NCBI GenBank assembly: GCA_001917905.1 | Contig: MNEX01000162.1 | Coordinates: forward strand, 1-60,566 | DNA: 60,566 nt | Reading direction: 5' to 3' | Source: Acidobacteria bacterium 13_1_40CM_65_14 | GTDB taxonomy: Bacteria; Acidobacteriota; Vicinamibacteria; Vicinamibacterales; CAVVIG01 | Shown here: positions 1-11,620 of the stretch, one piece after another | Layout: every line of letters starts with the position of its first letter | Position numbering within the stretch: the stretch's first letter is position 1 | The notes under the pieces: generated by a model | Told to the model about the DNA's origin: nothing | Database searches by the model: none | The model's input: only the letters and a program-made list of their open reading frames with translations | Program-made: the position numbers and the translations under genes

Positions 1-2064
<2,064 letters not shown>

Positions 2065-2067
2065 ATA

Positions 2068-2136
2068 GAACTTAGAAGTAAGAACTTAAAACTGAGAACT
2101 GGTTCCGAGTTCTGAGTTCCAAGTTCCGAGTTCCGC
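2068..2136. repeat. imperfect hairpin made of GAACT/AGTTC-type short repeats in the rpsO-pnp spacer
   Basis: Left arm agaacttagaagtaagaacttaaaactgagaactgg and right arm ttccgagttctgagttccaagttccgagttcc are approximate reverse complements. The element is AT-richer than its flanks and fills nearly the whole spacer between the rpsO stop (2148) and the pnp start (2064). Confidence 0.8.
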
Positions 2137-2147
2137 GTAGCGGAAGG

Positions 2148-2417
2148 CTACTTGCGGATGTTCAAGCGCTTGATGAGATCCGAGTAGCGTTGGGCGTCTT
2201 TGGCCTTGAGGTAATCGAGCAGCCGGCGCCGCTTGCCGACCAGCATCAGCAGCCCACGGCGCGAATGATGATCTTTCGCGTGCGCCTTGAAGTGCTCCGT
2301 CAGGTAGTTGATGCGCTCGCTGAGAATGGCCACCTGCACTTCGGGTGACCCGGTGTCGGCGTCGTGTGTCTTGTAACTGCCAATGAGCTCCGTCTTGCGA
2401 TCTTTGCTTAGGGCCAC
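2148..2417 (-). CDS. rpsO: 30S ribosomal protein S15
   Basis: 89-aa [74 protein letters not shown]... is a full-length bacterial S15. It sits upstream of pnp. Confidence 0.97.
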   Translation of the reverse strand: MALSKDRKTELIGSYKTHDADTGSPEVQVAILSERINYLTEHFKAHAKDHHSRRGLLMLVGKRRRLLDYLKAKDAQRYSDLIKRLNIRK

Positions 2418-2505
2418 TGCGCTGCCTCCACGAACGCCCCAGACCCCAGAACGGACCGGATGCGCCGTATGACCGGAAAGTCCTTAGTCGAACAAGATCA
2501 ACATG

Positions 2506-3504
2506 TTACATCAGAACAACGAAGGGATGCAAAAGCCCTGGCGTGCGCGCGGCCTCGGCAATGCCGACCAGCGCGCCCGTGGAATCCACCAGCCGGACCA
2601 ATCCCGAATCCGGAGCCGCAAAGCCCGATACGGCATCGCGCGGCGCCAGATCGCGTCCTTGAATCGCGTGGCGCACGCCGTCGAGGGTCAGCACCACGGC
2701 GCGCAACTCCGGCAGCATGCACGCGAGCGGGACGACTGACGCTCTCGCGCGATCGTGATCCTGCTCGGCTGCCGCCAACTCGATCGCGCCGGCGAGCGTG
2801 AACTCGCCGCTCCGCGTCCGCCTCAGCCGCTCGAGGTGCGCGCCCGTGCCGAGCATCTGCCCCAGGTCATGCGCCAGTGACCGCACGTAGAACCCGGCGG
2901 AGCAGTCCACGGTCAGCGTCAGTCGATCTGCTTCGACGCCAACAACTTCGAGCCGGTGAATCGTTACGTTGGCTGGCGCCGGCAGCGCGCCGTCAGACTG
3001 ACGGTCAGACTGTCGGTCAGACTCGCGGTCAGACTGACGGTCAGACTCGCGGTCAGACTGACGGTCAGACTCACCGTCAGACTGACGGTCAGACCTCTGC
3101 CGGGCGCGGGCGAGCTTATGGCTGCGCTTGCCGCCGATCTTCTTGGCTGAGAATGCCGGAGGCTGTTGAAGGAACGTTCCGCGAAACGCGTCGAGTGCGC
3201 GATCGATCGCGTCACGCGACGGCAGGGAACCGGCAAATGGCGATCCGATCGGGGCGCCGACGGCATCGGCAGTGTCAGTCGACACGCCGAGCCGGATGAC
3301 CGCCTCGTACGACTTGTCGCTCGTACTCAGGAACCGCGCGAGCCGCGTCGCGCGACCGACGACCAGCGCCAGTACGCCAGTTGCGAGCGGATCGAGCGTG
3401 CCAGTGTGCCCGACACGCCGCTCGCCGAGCACGCGGCGCAGGCGCGCGACGACATCGTGGCTGGTCGGACCTGACGGTTTGTCGACGACTAGAAGACCGT
3501 CCAT
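2506..3504 (-). CDS. truB: tRNA pseudouridine(55) synthase TruB carrying a repeat-encoded 36-aa insertion
   Basis: N-terminus MDGLLVVDKPSGPTSHDVV and the catalytic-Asp motif GHTGTLDPLATG are present. It occupies the operon position between nrnA and rpsO. An SDRQ/SDRE stretch interrupts the KRSHKLAR..VTIHRLEV region. Confidence 0.93.
   Translation of the reverse strand: MDGLLVVDKPSGPTSHDVVARLRRVLGERRVGHTGTLDPLATGVLALVVGRATRLARFLSTSDKSYEAVIRLGVSTDTADAVGAPIGSPFAGSLPSRDAIDRALDAFRGTFLQQPPAFSAKKIGGKRSHKLARARQRSDRQSDGESDRQSDRESDRQSDRESDRQSDRQSDGALPAPANVTIHRLEVVGVEADRLTLTVDCSAGFYVRSLAHDLGQMLGTGAHLERLRRTRSGEFTLAGAIELAAAEQDHDRARASVVPLACMLPELRAVVLTLDGVRHAIQGRDLAPRDAVSGFAAPDSGLVRLVDSTGALVGIAEAARTPGLLHPFVVLM
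2991..3094. repeat. 12-nt tandem repeat (GGTCAGACTGAC)n, about 8.7 units, inside truB
   Basis: cgtcagactgacggtcagactgtcggtcagactcgcggtcagactgacgg... read directly. The period of 12 keeps the truB frame and encodes SDRQSDGESDRQSDRESDRQSDRESDRQSDRQSDG. The unit is the reverse complement of the unit in the array at 50226-50390. Confidence 0.95.
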
Positions 3505-3515
3505 GCGAGTGCAGG

Positions 3516-4541
3516 CTACAAGGTCCCTCGACCCGTTCCTTCCTGCAATTCTGCAACCCTGCCGTCCTGCAACGCGATCGCTCTGTCGATCTTCTCGATG
3601 AACAGTTTCTGAAGCGCGTCGATGCCGCCGCGGACCGTGCAGCCGGCGGCGTTCTTGTGGCCGCCGCCGCCGAATTCCTTCGCCACCGCGCCAATGTCGA
3701 TGTCGCCCTTCGAGCGCATGCTGACACGGTACTCATCGCCTTCGATCTGCTTGAAGAACACGACCGCTTCAATCTCTTTCACCGTGAGCGGCAGATTGAT
3801 GAGGCCTTCGGTGTCCTCGTACGTGCCGCCGGCCTCGCGCGCCATCTCGTGATCGACGTAGACGATCGCGATGCGTCCCGTCGGGTCGAGCTGCATCGCG
3901 CTCAGCACCGCGCCGAACAGCTTCAGCCGGCCCATGTTGTTGCTGTCGTACACATTGCGCGCGACGAGCACGGGATCGACGCCGGCCTCGAGGCACTCAC
4001 GGCAGATGTCGAACGTGCGCGGCGAGATGCTCGAGTAATGAAACGAGCCGGTGTCGGTGAGAATCGCGAGGTAGATGTGCGTCGCGATGTCGGTGGTCAG
4101 CGGGACGCCGAGCGCGCGCACGAGCTCGAACACCATCTCGGCGCACGCCGCCGCGCTCGCGTCGAACCAGTTGATCTGCCCGTAGTTCGCGTTCCCGGGA
4201 TGATGATCGATGTTGATCACGAAAAAGCGGTCGAGGCCCTCGACGCCGGTGCGCCCCAGATCGCCGCACTCCATGATGATGGCCGCGTCGAAGTCGCCGT
4301 CGACGCGCGGGGCGATGCGGATGTCCGGCACGCCCGGAAACTGCATCAGCGGCCCGGGCGCCGGGTCGGCGTTCACGGCGACGACGTCTTTGCCGAGCGC
4401 GTGCAGCGCATAGGCCATCGCCAGCTGCGAGCCGATCGAGTCGCCGTCGGGCCGGGAGTGCGAGGACAGCACGAAGCGCTGGCGCGCGCGGATCGCCTCG
4501 ACGATCTGCTGAATCGGTTCAGTGTTGTTCGTCATCATCAC
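3516..4541 (-). CDS. nrnA: DHH/DHHA1 phosphoesterase (NrnA-like oligoribonuclease / pAp phosphatase)
   Basis: DHH motif (INIDHHPGN) and DHHA1 motif (FGGGGHKNAAG) are present, with SHSRPDGDSIGS near the N-terminus. It lies between rbfA and truB, as in many bacteria. Confidence 0.88.
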   Translation of the reverse strand: MMMTNNTEPIQQIVEAIRARQRFVLSSHSRPDGDSIGSQLAMAYALHALGKDVVAVNADPAPGPLMQFPGVPDIRIAPRVDGDFDAAIIMECGDLGRTGVEGLDRFFVINIDHHPGNANYGQINWFDASAAACAEMVFELVRALGVPLTTDIATHIYLAILTDTGSFHYSSISPRTFDICRECLEAGVDPVLVARNVYDSNNMGRLKLFGAVLSAMQLDPTGRIAIVYVDHEMAREAGGTYEDTEGLINLPLTVKEIEAVVFFKQIEGDEYRVSMRSKGDIDIGAVAKEFGGGGHKNAAGCTVRGGIDALQKLFIEKIDRAIALQDGRVAELQEGTGRGTL

Positions 4542-4980
4542 TGCTCGCGGGGCCCCACCCCCGCTCGCTCTCGCTCGCGCCTTCGCGCTCGCTCGGGCCG
4601 CTGGCGCTATCTGGCGGAGCAGGCGCCGTGTGGAGCTCGTTGAGCAGCTGCTCGATGCGATCCTGGCCGGCGATCGACTCGTCGTAGATGAATGTCAGCT
4701 CCGGCACGCGCCGCAGCCGCAGGCGCGACCCGATCCGCCGGCGGAGAAACGGCGCAGCGCGCTCGAGCGCGCGCCCCGAGTTGCGGCGCGTCTTCGCTTC
4801 GTCTCCCGTGGGGCCGAGCGCCGTGTAGAACACGCGCGCGAGCTGCAGATCCGGGCTCACCTGGACGCGCGTCAGCGTGACGAACCCGATGCCGGGATCG
4901 TGAACCTCGCGCGCGAGCAGATTCGCGAGCTCGCCTCGAATCTGATCCGCCACACGATCGGGTCTGGAACCTTGGGACAT
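4519..4980 (-). CDS. rbfA: ribosome-binding factor A with a repeat-derived C-terminal tail
   Basis: MSQGSRPDRVADQIRGELANLLAREVHDPGIGFVTLTRVQVSPDLQLARVFY.. matches the RbfA family. The C-terminal ..SASGPSEREGASESERGWGPASSDDDEQH is encoded by the GGGGCCCC-containing repeat at 4544-4608. Confidence 0.92.
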   Translation of the reverse strand: MSQGSRPDRVADQIRGELANLLAREVHDPGIGFVTLTRVQVSPDLQLARVFYTALGPTGDEAKTRRNSGRALERAAPFLRRRIGSRLRLRRVPELTFIYDESIAGQDRIEQLLNELHTAPAPPDSASGPSEREGASESERGWGPASSDDDEQH

Positions 4981-4983
4981 CGG

Positions 4984-5069
4984 TAAGTCTGAAGTCTGAA
5001 GTCTGAAGTAGGAAGTACGAAGCCTGACGAAACCCGAGACAGACAGACTTCAGACTTCGAACGTCAGAC
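4984..5069. repeat. hairpin with (GTCTGAA)-type repeat arms between DUF503 and rbfA
   Basis: Left arm gtctgaagtctgaagtctgaagtaggaagtacgaagcctgacg; right arm cagacagacttcagacttcgaacgtcagact. It uses the same arm motif as the element at 25774-25845. Confidence 0.85.
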
Positions 5070-5369
5070 TTACGTGAGAAACTCCACCTCGGTGCGCGTG
5101 ATGAGTCCGGGCTCGACCCGCTCGATCTCGTCAGCGACGGCGGCCAGCTCGCGATCGGCGTGCTTCTCGTCGGTGCTGACCGTCACGACGGCGAGTGCCG
5201 CGCGCTGCCAGAGGTCCTGGTGCTCGACCTCGGACACGGCGACGTTGAACTTCTTCAGCCGGTCCTTGATCCGCCGCAGGACCATCCGCTTGTCTTTCAG
5301 CGACTGGCTGCCGGGCACATGCAGTTCAACGGTCAGCAACCCCACAACCATCAAAGCCATCCAAACCAC
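5070..5369 (-). CDS. DUF503 (YlxP-like) protein
   Basis: ..VGLLTVELHVPGSQSLKDKRMVLRRIKDRLKKFNVAVSEVEHQDLWQRA.. is typical of DUF503. It lies between infB and rbfA. The true start may be an internal Met (5360 or 5351). Confidence 0.85.
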   Translation of the reverse strand: MVWMALMVVGLLTVELHVPGSQSLKDKRMVLRRIKDRLKKFNVAVSEVEHQDLWQRAALAVVTVSTDEKHADRELAAVADEIERVEPGLITRTEVEFLT

Positions 5370-5441
5370 GAAACCACGAAACGCGAAACGACGAAAAACA
5401 ACCGGTTGTTTTCGTGTCTTCGTCTTTTCCGGGTTTCGTGT
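5363..5441. repeat. hairpin with (ACGAAAC)-type repeat arms between infB and DUF503
   Basis: aaaccacgaaaccacgaaacgcgaaacgacgaaaaacaaccggttgttttcgtgtcttcgtcttttccgggtttcgtgtct. The arms pair around the loop caaccggttg, and the element abuts the infB stop codon (5442-5444). Confidence 0.85.
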
Positions 5442-8276
5442 CTAGGCTGTGACCGGAACGCGTTCGTTGACGAACACTTCGATGACGTCGCCGACCTTCA
5501 TGTCGTGGAACCGCTCGAAGCCGATGCCGCATTCGAAGCCGGCCTTCACTTCGCTCACATCGTCCTTGAAGCGGCGCAGCGATCCGATCTTGCCTTCGTA
5601 GACGACGACGTTGTCGCGCAGCAGGCGCGCTTGTGTATCGCCCGCGCGCGTGATGCGCCCCTCGGTGACCATGCACCCGGCGATGACGCCGAACTTCGGG
5701 ACCTTGAACAGCTCGCGGACGCTCGCCACGCCGATGCGCACTTCCTTGAACGTCGGCTCGAGGAGCCCCGTCATCGCCTTCTTCATCTCGTCGGTGACGT
5801 TGTAGATGACCGAGTGCGGCCGGATCTCGACGCGCTCGCGCGTGGCGATGTCTTCGGCGTTGCGGTCCGGCCGGACGTTGAACGCGATGATGATGGCGTT
5901 CGACGCCGACGCGAGCAGCACGTCGGATTCGTTCACCGCGCCGACGCCCGAGTGGATGATCCGGATCTTCACTTTCTCGTCCGACAGCTTGGTCAGCGTG
6001 TCGGCGAGCACCTCGGCCGAGCCCTGCACGTCGGCCTTGATGATGATCGGCAGCTCCTTCATGCCACCTTCGGCGATCTGCGCCTGCAGCGATTCGAGCG
6101 TGAGGCGACCGCCTTTCGCGCCGAGCGCGCGCGTCTTCGCCTGTTCCTCGCGGAACGTGGCGATTTGGCGCGCCTTGGCGGCCTCGGCCACCTGGAACAC
6201 GTCGCCCGGTTGCGGCAGGCCGCCCAGGCCGAGCACTTCGACCGGTGTGGACGGCCCCGCCGACTTGGTCGGTCGTCCGCGGTCGTCGATGAGCGCGCGC
6301 ACGCGGCCCACGATCGGACCGGCGATGAACGTGTCGCCGACGCTGAGCGTGCCGTCCTGCACGAGCACCGTCGCCACCGGACCGCGCCCCTTGTCCAGTT
6401 TGGCCTCGAGCACCGTGCCGGTCGCGCTGCGCTTCGGATTGGCTTTCAGCTCGCCGAGTTCCGAGACGAGCAGAATCATCTCGAGCAGCAGCTCGAGGTT
6501 CTGCTTTTTCTTGGCCGACACTTCGACGGTGACCGTCTTGCCGCCCCACTCTTCCGGCATGAGGTCGAGCTCGGTCAGCTCCCGCTTGACTTTCTCGGGA
6601 ACCGCATTCGGTTTGTCGATCTTGTTGATCGCCACGATGATCGGCACGTTCGCCGCTCGTGCGTGATCGATGGCTTCCCTCGTCTGCGGCATCACGCCAT
6701 CGTCGGCCGCGACGACCAGGACGACGATGTCAGTGACCTTCGCGCCGCGCGCACGCATCAGCGTGAACGCTTCGTGACCCGGCGTGTCGAGGAAGACGAT
6801 GTTCCGGTTGTTGACCGTGACGTGATACGCGCCGATGTGCTGTGTGATGCCGCCCGCTTCGCGCTCCGCGACGCGCGTCGTTCGAATGGCGTCCAGCAAG
6901 CTCGTCTTGCCGTGATCGACGTGGCCCATGACGGTGACGACCGGGGCGCGCGTGACGATGTCCTCTGTTTTGGCTTCGTCGGTATCGACCTGCAGCAGTT
7001 CTTCTTCGAAGCTGCGCATCTGCACGTCGGCGCCGAACTCGCGCGCGATCATCGTCGCGGTTTCGGTGTCGAGCGTGGAGTTGATCGTCAGCATGAGCCG
7101 CTTCATCAGCAGCTTGGCGAGGACGTCCTTCACGCGGACGTCGAGTTTGTCCGCGAGATCTTTGACAGTCATGCCCTCGGCCAGTGTGATGTTCCGCGTG
7201 ATTTGCGGCGGTGCCGCCGGCATCGGCGACGGCGCCGGACGCGACGTCTGTTCGCGGCGCTGCGTGGCGGCGGGACGGCCCTGGCCGCCCGGCCGCTGCT
7301 GATACGAGGGCCGCGACGGCATGCCGGGACGCTGCGGATATTGCGGCGGCCGCGGCGGCATGCCCGGCTGCTGCGCGCGCACCGGTTGCGAAGGCAGCGG
7401 ACGCGGTCCACCCATCGGCGCTTGCGGGCGCGTGGAGGGGTACGCGGGCCGTTGACCGCTCGGCGGGCCGCCGGGACGTGCCGCCGGCGGCGTCGGCGGA
7501 CGGACCGCGGTCGTTCCTGTTTGTCCCGCGGCGCCAGCGGCTGCCGGACGCGCAGCCGTCGACATCGCCGGACGGTCGGTCTTTGGTGCTGGACGCGGCA
7601 CGACGCGAGGCGTCGGCGATGTCGGCAGCGGCGGCGTTGGCGTCGTCGGACGCTGTTCTTCGATCCGGAGCCGCAGCGTCGGCGGCACGACACGACCCGG
7701 TGCGGACGGCTTCGCAGGCGGCGGAGCTCCGGCCGCCGGTGCGGCCGCGGCGCGCGGCGCTTCGGCAGGCGCGGGCGGTTCCGCGACGGGCACGGGCGCG
7801 TCGCCCTTCGCGGCCTTCTCGACTCTATCCAGGGCCGGCGCCGGCGCTTCAGCGACGATCACTGGAGGTTCGGGCGCGACCGGTTCCGGCGGCGGCCCCG
7901 CGATCGATGGCTCGGGTTCGGCGATCGGTTCGAGCTCAGGCGCGGGCGCTGTGGGTGCAGGCGCCGGCTTCGCCGTTTTGACCAGGCGCGGCGGCGGCAG
8001 CGACGGCGCGGCCGGCTTCGGCGGCTCGGGCGCCTTCTTCGCGGGCGCGCCCTTCTTGCCTTTCACGACCGGCGTCTCGGCGAAGATGTCGCCGGTCGGC
8101 AGCTGGATGTTTCGCTGCCGCGAGAGGCGATCGACGAACTGGCGCGCGACGACCTCTTCGATCGTGCTCGAGGCGCTCTTCACCTCGATGCCGTGATCGC
8201 GCTTGAGGAGCGCCGACACTTCCTGGCTCGTGGTGCCGAGCAGTTCCGCGACCTTGTAGATCCGAACAGTTGCCAA
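5442..8276 (-). CDS. infB: translation initiation factor IF-2
   Basis: 944 aa with a long Pro/Ala-rich N-terminal region followed by a GTPase domain carrying [20 protein letters not shown] and NKIDK. It follows nusA. Confidence 0.97.
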   Translation of the reverse strand: MATVRIYKVAELLGTTSQEVSALLKRDHGIEVKSASSTIEEVVARQFVDRLSRQRNIQLPTGDIFAETPVVKGKKGAPAKKAPEPPKPAAPSLPPPRLVKTAKPAPAPTAPAPELEPIAEPEPSIAGPPPEPVAPEPPVIVAEAPAPALDRVEKAAKGDAPVPVAEPPAPAEAPRAAAAPAAGAPPPAKPSAPGRVVPPTLRLRIEEQRPTTPTPPLPTSPTPRVVPRPAPKTDRPAMSTAARPAAAGAAGQTGTTAVRPPTPPAARPGGPPSGQRPAYPSTRPQAPMGGPRPLPSQPVRAQQPGMPPRPPQYPQRPGMPSRPSYQQRPGGQGRPAATQRREQTSRPAPSPMPAAPPQITRNITLAEGMTVKDLADKLDVRVKDVLAKLLMKRLMLTINSTLDTETATMIAREFGADVQMRSFEEELLQVDTDEAKTEDIVTRAPVVTVMGHVDHGKTSLLDAIRTTRVAEREAGGITQHIGAYHVTVNNRNIVFLDTPGHEAFTLMRARGAKVTDIVVLVVAADDGVMPQTREAIDHARAANVPIIVAINKIDKPNAVPEKVKRELTELDLMPEEWGGKTVTVEVSAKKKQNLELLLEMILLVSELGELKANPKRSATGTVLEAKLDKGRGPVATVLVQDGTLSVGDTFIAGPIVGRVRALIDDRGRPTKSAGPSTPVEVLGLGGLPQPGDVFQVAEAAKARQIATFREEQAKTRALGAKGGRLTLESLQAQIAEGGMKELPIIIKADVQGSAEVLADTLTKLSDEKVKIRIIHSGVGAVNESDVLLASASNAIIIAFNVRPDRNAEDIATRERVEIRPHSVIYNVTDEMKKAMTGLLEPTFKEVRIGVASVRELFKVPKFGVIAGCMVTEGRITRAGDTQARLLRDNVVVYEGKIGSLRRFKDDVSEVKAGFECGIGFERFHDMKVGDVIEVFVNERVPVTA

Positions 8277-8279
8277 CTA

Positions 8280-9609
8280 CTACTCCTGCGTTTCAACGTT
8301 GCTTCCAGGCGCCGGTGCGTCTTCGGTCTTCGGGGCTTCGCCGCGCGCGGCGGCGAGAATTTTTTCCGCCGTCTTGCCGCCGATGCCGGGAATCTCCGAT
8401 AGCTGGTCGACGGTGGCGCGGGCGACCGCGTCTTGCGTGGCGAATCCGCCCTCGACGAGTTTACGAACCATCTTCTCGCCGACGCCCGCCAGCGTGTACG
8501 GCGCGGGCACGTCGCTGGCGGGTGCGTCGGTCGCGGGTTCGGTTCCGGTTTCCGGCGTCGCGTTCTCGTCCGGACTTGCAGGCTCGGCCGCTTCAGACGA
8601 AGCCCCGAGCTCGAGCCCCTCGAACTGCGCCTCGACCTCGCGGCGCTTCTCTTCTTCGCTCTTGATGTCGATGCGCCAGCCCGTGAGCTTCGCCGCGAGC
8701 CGGACGTTCTGACCTTTCTTGCCGATCGCCAGCGACAGCTGCTTGTCCTCGACGATGACTTCCATCACGCGCTCGCGGTCGTCGACGATCGACGCGGATG
8801 ATCGACTGGACACGCGTACCCTTCATGCCGACGCACGCGCCAACCGGATCGACGTCGCGCTCGCGCGAGTAGACGGCGACCTTCGCGCGATCGCCCGCTT
8901 CGCGCACCGCGCCGCGAATCATCACCGTGCCGTCGTAAATCTCGGGCACCTCCTGCTCGAACAGCTTGATGAGCAGCGCCGGATCGGTACGCGACAGAAC
9001 GATTTGCGGTCCCTTGGCGCTGCGGTTCACGCCCTTGATGACGGTGCGCACGCGGTCGCCGGGTGTATAGCTTTCGGCGCGCGACTGTTCCTTGCGCGGC
9101 AGCACCGCCTCGATGCGCCCGACCTCGAGGATGATGTCGCCGTTCTCGAAGCGCTTGATCGTCCCGTTGACGACCTCGCCGATCCGCTGGTTGTACTCGG
9201 CGAAGATGTTCTCGCGCTCGGCCTCGCGGACCTTCTGAAAGATCACCTGCTTGGCCGTCTGTGCGGCGATGCGGCCCAGCACTTCGGTCGGCTTCGGGAA
9301 TTCCATCTCGTCGCCGAGCTCGATGCTGTTGGCGACTTCGTCTCCGTAGAGCGGGCGATACATCTCGCGCGCTTCGTTGATGGAAATCTCGGTGGCCGCG
9401 TTGGTCACCTCTTCGACGACGGTCTTCAGCGCGAACAGATCCACCTGTCCGGTCTCGGTGTTGAACCGCGTCTTCAGGTTCTCGCCCGTCTTGTAGTACT
9501 TGCGGGACGCCGTCGCGACGGCCTCCTCGATGGCGCTGATGACGGTTTCCGGCTCGATGCCCTTTTCTTTCGCGAGGGCCTCGATCGTTTGCTGCAAAGG
9601 ATTCGACAT
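8280..9609 (-). pseudogene. nusA: transcription termination/antitermination factor NusA, reading frame interrupted (two track ORFs, 8593..9609 and 8280..8813)
   Basis: The N-terminal, S1 and first KH motif read cleanly up to ..[16 protein letters not shown]. Near 8793-8797 the sequence jumps into another frame at [34 protein letters not shown]... About 29 residues that other NusA proteins have between these two points are missing. Confidence 0.85.
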
Positions 9610-10089
9610 TTAGAATTCCACTTCCAAGTTCGCGCGCGTAATCACGCCGAGCGGCACGCGGTGCCGCCTCTTGTCGTCGGCATCAATCAGGACTTGACCA
9701 TCGTCGATGCCGCCGAGCGTCCCCCGGAAAAACGTCTGGCCATCCACCGCCTGGCGCATCACGAGCTTCGCGCGGCGTCCGGCGAAGCGGCGGTAATCGT
9801 CCGCGTGACGCAACGGCCGATCGAGCCCGGGCGACGAGACTTCCAGGGTGTACGCCGAGGGCACCACGTCCTCGACGTCGAGGATCGCACTCAGATCGCG
9901 GCTGACCTTGGCGCAGTCTTCGACGCTGACGCTGTCTTCCGCGGTCGCCGCTGGTCCGGGACGATCGATCTGGATGCGGAGGACCATGCCGTGAGCCTCA
10001 CGGCGAAACTGGACGTCGAAGATTTCCAGGCCGTAGCCGGCCGCCACGCGGCTCGCCATGGACCGGATCTGCCCGACGACATCAGCCAT
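9610..10089 (-). CDS. rimP: ribosome maturation factor RimP
   Basis: 159 aa, ..GYGLEIFDVQFRREAHGMVLRIQIDRP.. matches the RimP family. Its stop codon abuts the nusA start codon. Confidence 0.9.
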   Translation of the reverse strand: MADVVGQIRSMASRVAAGYGLEIFDVQFRREAHGMVLRIQIDRPGPAATAEDSVSVEDCAKVSRDLSAILDVEDVVPSAYTLEVSSPGLDRPLRHADDYRRFAGRRAKLVMRQAVDGQTFFRGTLGGIDDGQVLIDADDKRRHRVPLGVITRANLEVEF

Positions 10090-10103
10090 TCGGGGCCCTT
10101 AAA

Positions 10104-10127
10104 CGAAAAAAGTGGGCACACGCCCAC
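10104..10127 (-). terminator. rho-independent terminator downstream of rimO
   Basis: The minus strand reads GTGGGCGTGTGCCCAC followed by TTTTTTCG, starting 35 nt after the rimO stop. Confidence 0.75.
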
Positions 10128-10161
10128 TCGGTCCTTCCAAACCTAGGCTCCGAATCCAAAA

Positions 10162-11607
10162 TTATAGCACGGGCTTCGCGATTAAATCGTAGTCACGCGC
10201 GCCAACGATCTCGACCTCGGCAAAATCACCGGACCGGTAGGCCGAAGGGTCGCATTCGGTCAAAAACACGGACGCGTCGATGTCGGGCGCCTGCGTTTCG
10301 AGGCGGCCCCGCAGCACGAGATCGTGGTCGGATGAGGGCCCTTCGATCAGAATCCGGGCCCGCTCGCCCACGCGCGCCCGCTGCCGGTTCTTGACGAGCC
10401 GCTTCTGCAGGCCCATGACGCGGTTGCGCCGCGCCGTCTTCGTCCTGGCTGGCACGTCGTCGGCGAGCGCGAAGGCCGACGTCCCTTCTTCGTGGGAATA
10501 GGTGAACACCCCCACGTGGTCGAACGCGTGATCGCCGATGAAGGCGCAGAGCTCCTCGAGGTCCGCGTTGGTCTCACCCGGGAAGCCGACGATGAACGTC
10601 GTGCGAAGGGCGACGCCGGGCACGCGAGTGCGGATGCGCGCGAGCAGGTTGTCGTACGTCTGCCGCGTGCCGGGCCGCTTCATCCGCTTGAGCATCGTGT
10701 TCGACGCGTGCTGCAGCGGCAGGTCGATGTAGTTGCAGACTTTCTCACACTCCGCCATCGCGGCGAGCGTGTCCTCGTCGATCGTCGTCGGATACAGGTA
10801 GAGCAGACGGATCCATTCGAGGCCGTCGACCTCGTTCAGCGCGCGCAGCAGCCGCGCCAGCGCGCCGCGTTCGCCCCGGTCGATGCCGTAGAACGTCGTG
10901 TCCTGCGAGATGAGCAACAGCTCTTTGACACCGCGCGCCGCCAGGGAGCGCGCCTCGCGCACGATCGACTCCGCCGGCCGGCTGCGGTACTGACCGCGCA
11001 GCGTCGGGATGATGCAGAACGCGCACTTGTAGTCGCAGCCTTCCGCGATCTTCACGTAGGCGTAATGCGTCGGCGTCGCCATCAGCCGCGGCGTCTCGGC
11101 GTCGTAGATGTACGTCGGTAGCATTTTTGGCGGATGTTCTAGGATGCTTGGTGGATCCTCTAGGGTGCTGGGAGCTTCGCTGAGGGTGCTCGGAGCTTCG
11201 CTGACGGCGCTCGCTCGATAAAAGGTCAACGGTAGGGGACGGCCTTCAGGCCGTCCCGCAGCGTGAGATCCGATCGCGTTCACGATCTCCGGCACTTCGC
11301 CCGTGCCGAGGATCGCGTCGATCTCCGGGATCTCTTTCTTCAGCTCGTCGCGATAGCGCTCGGCCAGACAGCCGGTGACGATGAGCCGGCGGCACGCACC
11401 ATCTTTCTTGTGCTGCGCCATCTCGAGAATCGTATCGATCGATTCCTGCTTCGCGCGGTCGATGAAGGCGCACGTGTTGACGACCAGGACTTCCGCGTCC
11501 GCCGCGTCGTTGGTGAGCTCGTGCCCGGCCTGTTGCGCGAGACCGAGCATCACCTCGGAATCAACGAGGTTTTTCGGACACCCGAGAGAGACAAGACCAA
11601 TTTTCAT
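10162..11607 (-). CDS. rimO: ribosomal protein S12 methylthiotransferase RimO (radical SAM)
   Basis: MKIGLVSLGCPKNLVDSE.., VVNTCAFI, the radical-SAM motif CDYKCAFC and a C-terminal TRAM-like domain are present. The track ORF starts at 11649, but that extension overlaps repeat A1, so ATG 11607 is preferred. Confidence 0.9.
   Translation of the reverse strand: MKIGLVSLGCPKNLVDSEVMLGLAQQAGHELTNDAADAEVLVVNTCAFIDRAKQESIDTILEMAQHKKDGACRRLIVTGCLAERYRDELKKEIPEIDAILGTGEVPEIVNAIGSHAAGRPEGRPLPLTFYRASAVSEAPSTLSEAPSTLEDPPSILEHPPKMLPTYIYDAETPRLMATPTHYAYVKIAEGCDYKCAFCIIPTLRGQYRSRPAESIVREARSLAARGVKELLLISQDTTFYGIDRGERGALARLLRALNEVDGLEWIRLLYLYPTTIDEDTLAAMAECEKVCNYIDLPLQHASNTMLKRMKRPGTRQTYDNLLARIRTRVPGVALRTTFIVGFPGETNADLEELCAFIGDHAFDHVGVFTYSHEEGTSAFALADDVPARTKTARRNRVMGLQKRLVKNRQRARVGERARILIEGPSSDHDLVLRGRLETQAPDIDASVFLTECDPSAYRSGDFAEVEIVGARDYDLIAKPVL
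11138..11215. repeat. 21-nt tandem repeat (about 3.5 units) inside rimO
   Basis: tctaggatgcttggtggatcc / tctagggtgctgggagcttcg / ctgagggtgctcggagcttcg / ctgacggcgctcg. It encodes ..SEAPSTLSEAPSTLEDPPSILEHPP.. in frame. A perfect small hairpin, ggggacggcc-ttca-ggccgtccc, sits next to it at 11235-11257. Confidence 0.9.
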
Positions 11608-11620
11608 GTTTGACAAAAAG

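Noticed and set aside
2991-3094. Possible CRISPR array (also 50226-50390, 29013-29107)
   Set aside because: The units are contiguous 7-12-nt repeats with no spacers. No cas genes or leader are present. One array lies inside an intact CDS.
5160-8402. 1080-aa plus-strand ORF
   Set aside because: It is antisense to infB and the nusA 3' end. The product is Arg-rich with no recognisable domain, and IF-2 on the minus strand explains the open frame.
8719-10146. 475-aa plus-strand ORF
   Set aside because: It is antisense to nusA and rimP and has the same shadow-ORF composition.
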